From positions 32,001-96,000 of IMG/VR virus record IMGVR_UViG_3300002026_000001: a stretch of DNA of 64,000 bases, one strand, 5' to 3'. Below, one piece after another: positions 62,424 through 64,000 of the stretch; within the stretch, counting starts at the first letter, position 1; each line of letters starts with the position of its first letter. The translations under genes were made by a program, and so were the position numbers. The DNA comes from a virus. The notes beneath the pieces were generated by a model. It saw only the letters and a list, made by a program, of their open reading frames with translations. It was not told the origin of the DNA and did no database searches.

Positions 62424-64000
62424 TCAGAGTCCTAACAGTTCCTTACGAGCGGCAGAATCGCTGCCGACCAACAGCTTGAAGTGCTGTAGTTCTTTACCCT
62501 TGGCAGGGCTAACGCAAATAGTCGTTCGCGTCTTTGGATCGAATGCGACGTACTCCAACGTATCAGAACCGATTTCACCCCAACCCTTTGCACGCATGAC
62601 CGTCACCTTCGCGCCTTTTGGAAGTTGCTTAACGACCGCTGCGTGACTTGCACCGAAATAACGTTTGCCTTTGAAGAACACTGAGAAGAGTGGTGCGTCA
62701 ACAACGAAGACGCGGCCTTCATCAATCAGTCGTGGCATCAGCTTGTTAATCAATGTCAGGATCAGGACCGCGATATGTGACCCGTCAACGTCAGCATCGG
62801 GGAGCAGAAAAATCTTATTGACGCGAAGCTTGCTGTATACGTCGGCACCACCTTCTTTGTGTGTGTCGAAATTGTACCCGATACACGATAGCAGGTCTTG
62901 AACGGCTTTTGACGCGAGTAGTTTATGCGGGGCCATGCGTTCGGCGTTTGCAATTTTACCTGACAGCTTCGCAACCTCTTGATACAGGTCGTTCCGTGCT
63001 TTCTTCGCAGTGCCGCCAGCAGAATCACCTTCGACGATGTAGAGTTCTCGCGTCGCTGGACTGGCCTTCGGTGACGAAATCAATGACGTCGGAAGCATGT
63101 TCTTGGTTCGCTTCTTGGCGCTTGCGACCGCGTCCATCGACTTCTTGAATTCATCCTTCGACTTCTTGACGTCCATTGCGCGACGAATAGCTGCACGAGC
63201 CACTGTCTTGTTCTTGATAAAGAATGCGGTCAACACCGGGAGCAATTCTTTTTCAACCGCGTCAGCAACGTTTGACGTCAGCTTGTCTTTGGTCTGGCCG
63301 TTGAAAGAGGCACCTGACATTTTCCAGTCAAGGACTCCTACGAGTCCGAAATACAAATCCTTTGGTGCAAACTTGTCCGTCTTTTTACGGAAGGCCGTGA
63401 GGGATTTCATCAACGCGTTGCGGAAGCCAACTTCATGTTCACCGTCGTTGATCGTGCGACCAGAGTTTGCATAGGTGTGCAGTGCGTCATCATCGTTGTA
63501 GGTCGTCCACTGAAGTGCAACCGAACAACAATCAGATACGTGTTGGAACACTTTTCCTTGCAACTCGACTTCCAGCTTAGTGCAACGTTGCCGAACCAAA
63601 GCAACCAACCCCTCAGTATTGAGGAAGCTTTTCATCTTACCACCGGCACTCAAGACGAGTTCGACGCCGGGGTTGAGCATTGCTTTGTCACGCATCCATT
63701 GGGCAAGATATGGAACATTCATCTTGGCCTTTGTCTTGCCGCCGTCTTTCGACACGACTGGTTGGTCTGGAACGAACTGGATGATGGAGCCACGATTCGG
63801 TGCGTATGGAAGAATCTTTTTCAGTGAGGCTGGCAGCGACACAGTCTTCACGTCACCGACCGGTTTGCCGCATATGAATTTCTGATAGTGCCATTTGCGT
63901 TCGCGGTTTGTCCAAACCTCAAACGACGAAGAGACGGCGTTCACCGCAGCAGCACCGACGCCGTGAGTTCCCTCAGATGTCTTGTACGCCTTTGCGCTAA
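62424..64000 (-). CDS. gyrB: Type IIA topoisomerase B subunit (GyrB/ParE-like), 5'-truncated by the window edge
   Basis: EGTHGVGAAAVNAVS (GHKL), F.GQTK.KL, ELYIVEGDSAGG, LSGKI.N, PDADVDGSHI (TOPRIM), RAKGWGE; frame open to 64000. Confidence 0.92.
   Translation of the reverse strand, partial: SAKAYKTSEGTHGVGAAAVNAVSSSFEVWTNRERKWHYQKFICGKPVGDVKTVSLPASLKKILPYAPNRGSIIQFVPDQPVVSKDGGKTKAKMNVPYLAQWMRDKAMLNPGVELVLSAGGKMKSFLNTEGLVALVRQRCTKLEVELQGKVFQHVSDCCSVALQWTTYNDDDALHTYANSGRTINDGEHEVGFRNALMKSLTAFRKKTDKFAPKDLYFGLVGVLDWKMSGASFNGQTKDKLTSNVADAVEKELLPVLTAFFIKNKTVARAAIRRAMDVKKSKDEFKKSMDAVASAKKRTKNMLPTSLISSPKASPATRELYIVEGDSAGGTAKKARNDLYQEVAKLSGKIANAERMAPHKLLASKAVQDLLSCIGYNFDTHKEGGADVYSKLRVNKIFLLPDADVDGSHIAVLILTLINKLMPRLIDEGRVFVVDAPLFSVFFKGKRYFGASHAAVVKQLPKGAKVTVMRAKGWGEIGSDTLEYVAFDPKTRTTICVSPAKGKELQHFKLLVGSDSAARKELLGL

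Noticed and set aside
355-63885. The many other plus-strand and nested ORFs in the track
   Set aside because: They lie antisense to, or inside, motif-supported minus-strand genes; only 16213..17157 has its own RBS, motifs and free space
1-64000. Alternative genetic code (stop reassignment) as seen in some jumbo phages
   Set aside because: Genes are full length and tightly packed under the standard code, using all three stops
1-64000. tRNA, rRNA or structured ncRNA genes
   Set aside because: Intergenic gaps are mostly under 100 nt and hold only RBS, terminators or promoter motifs; no cloverleaf recognised (tRNAscan/Infernal not run)

Overview
A 64-kb segment of a large (jumbo-type) contractile-tailed phage genome with T4-like structural folds. 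It is almost fully coding, in the standard genetic code, and every credible gene but one homing endonuclease is on the minus strand. Read in transcription order (right to left): type IIA topoisomerase B (partial) and A subunits, HNH nuclease, sigma-70-like factor, DnaB helicase, small accessory genes and MmcB-like nuclease; large terminase and an intein-containing portal; an accessory block (Acb1-like 2H phosphoesterase, ART-PolyVal-like ADP-ribosyltransferase, HD-GYP, NAD-dependent ligase, five-PAS sensor without output domain, topoisomerase IB, helical-repeat protein); prohead protease, NUDIX hydrolase, acidic scaffold-like protein, decoration and major capsid proteins; tail sheath, an Acb2-like sponge, two tube-like proteins, a tail chaperone with a -1 frameshift site, tape measure with GH19 domain, baseplate genes, a 1612-aa tail fibre and a downstream U32-family Fe-S module. 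Main observations: (1) a shared hydrophobic + S-x-S N-terminal leader on about a dozen unrelated proteins, whose S-x-S-small core recurs in head proteins, suggesting a capsid-loading or prohead-protease signal for injected enzymes; (2) several enzymes and sponges acting on nucleotide signals (Acb1, a divergent Acb2, HD-GYP, NUDIX) plus an orphan PAS sensor; (3) an unannotated -1 frameshift product; (4) a recurring [C/A]TAATTT upstream motif. All assignments come from motif recognition by eye; no searches were run. No tRNA, rRNA or CRISPR array was recognised.
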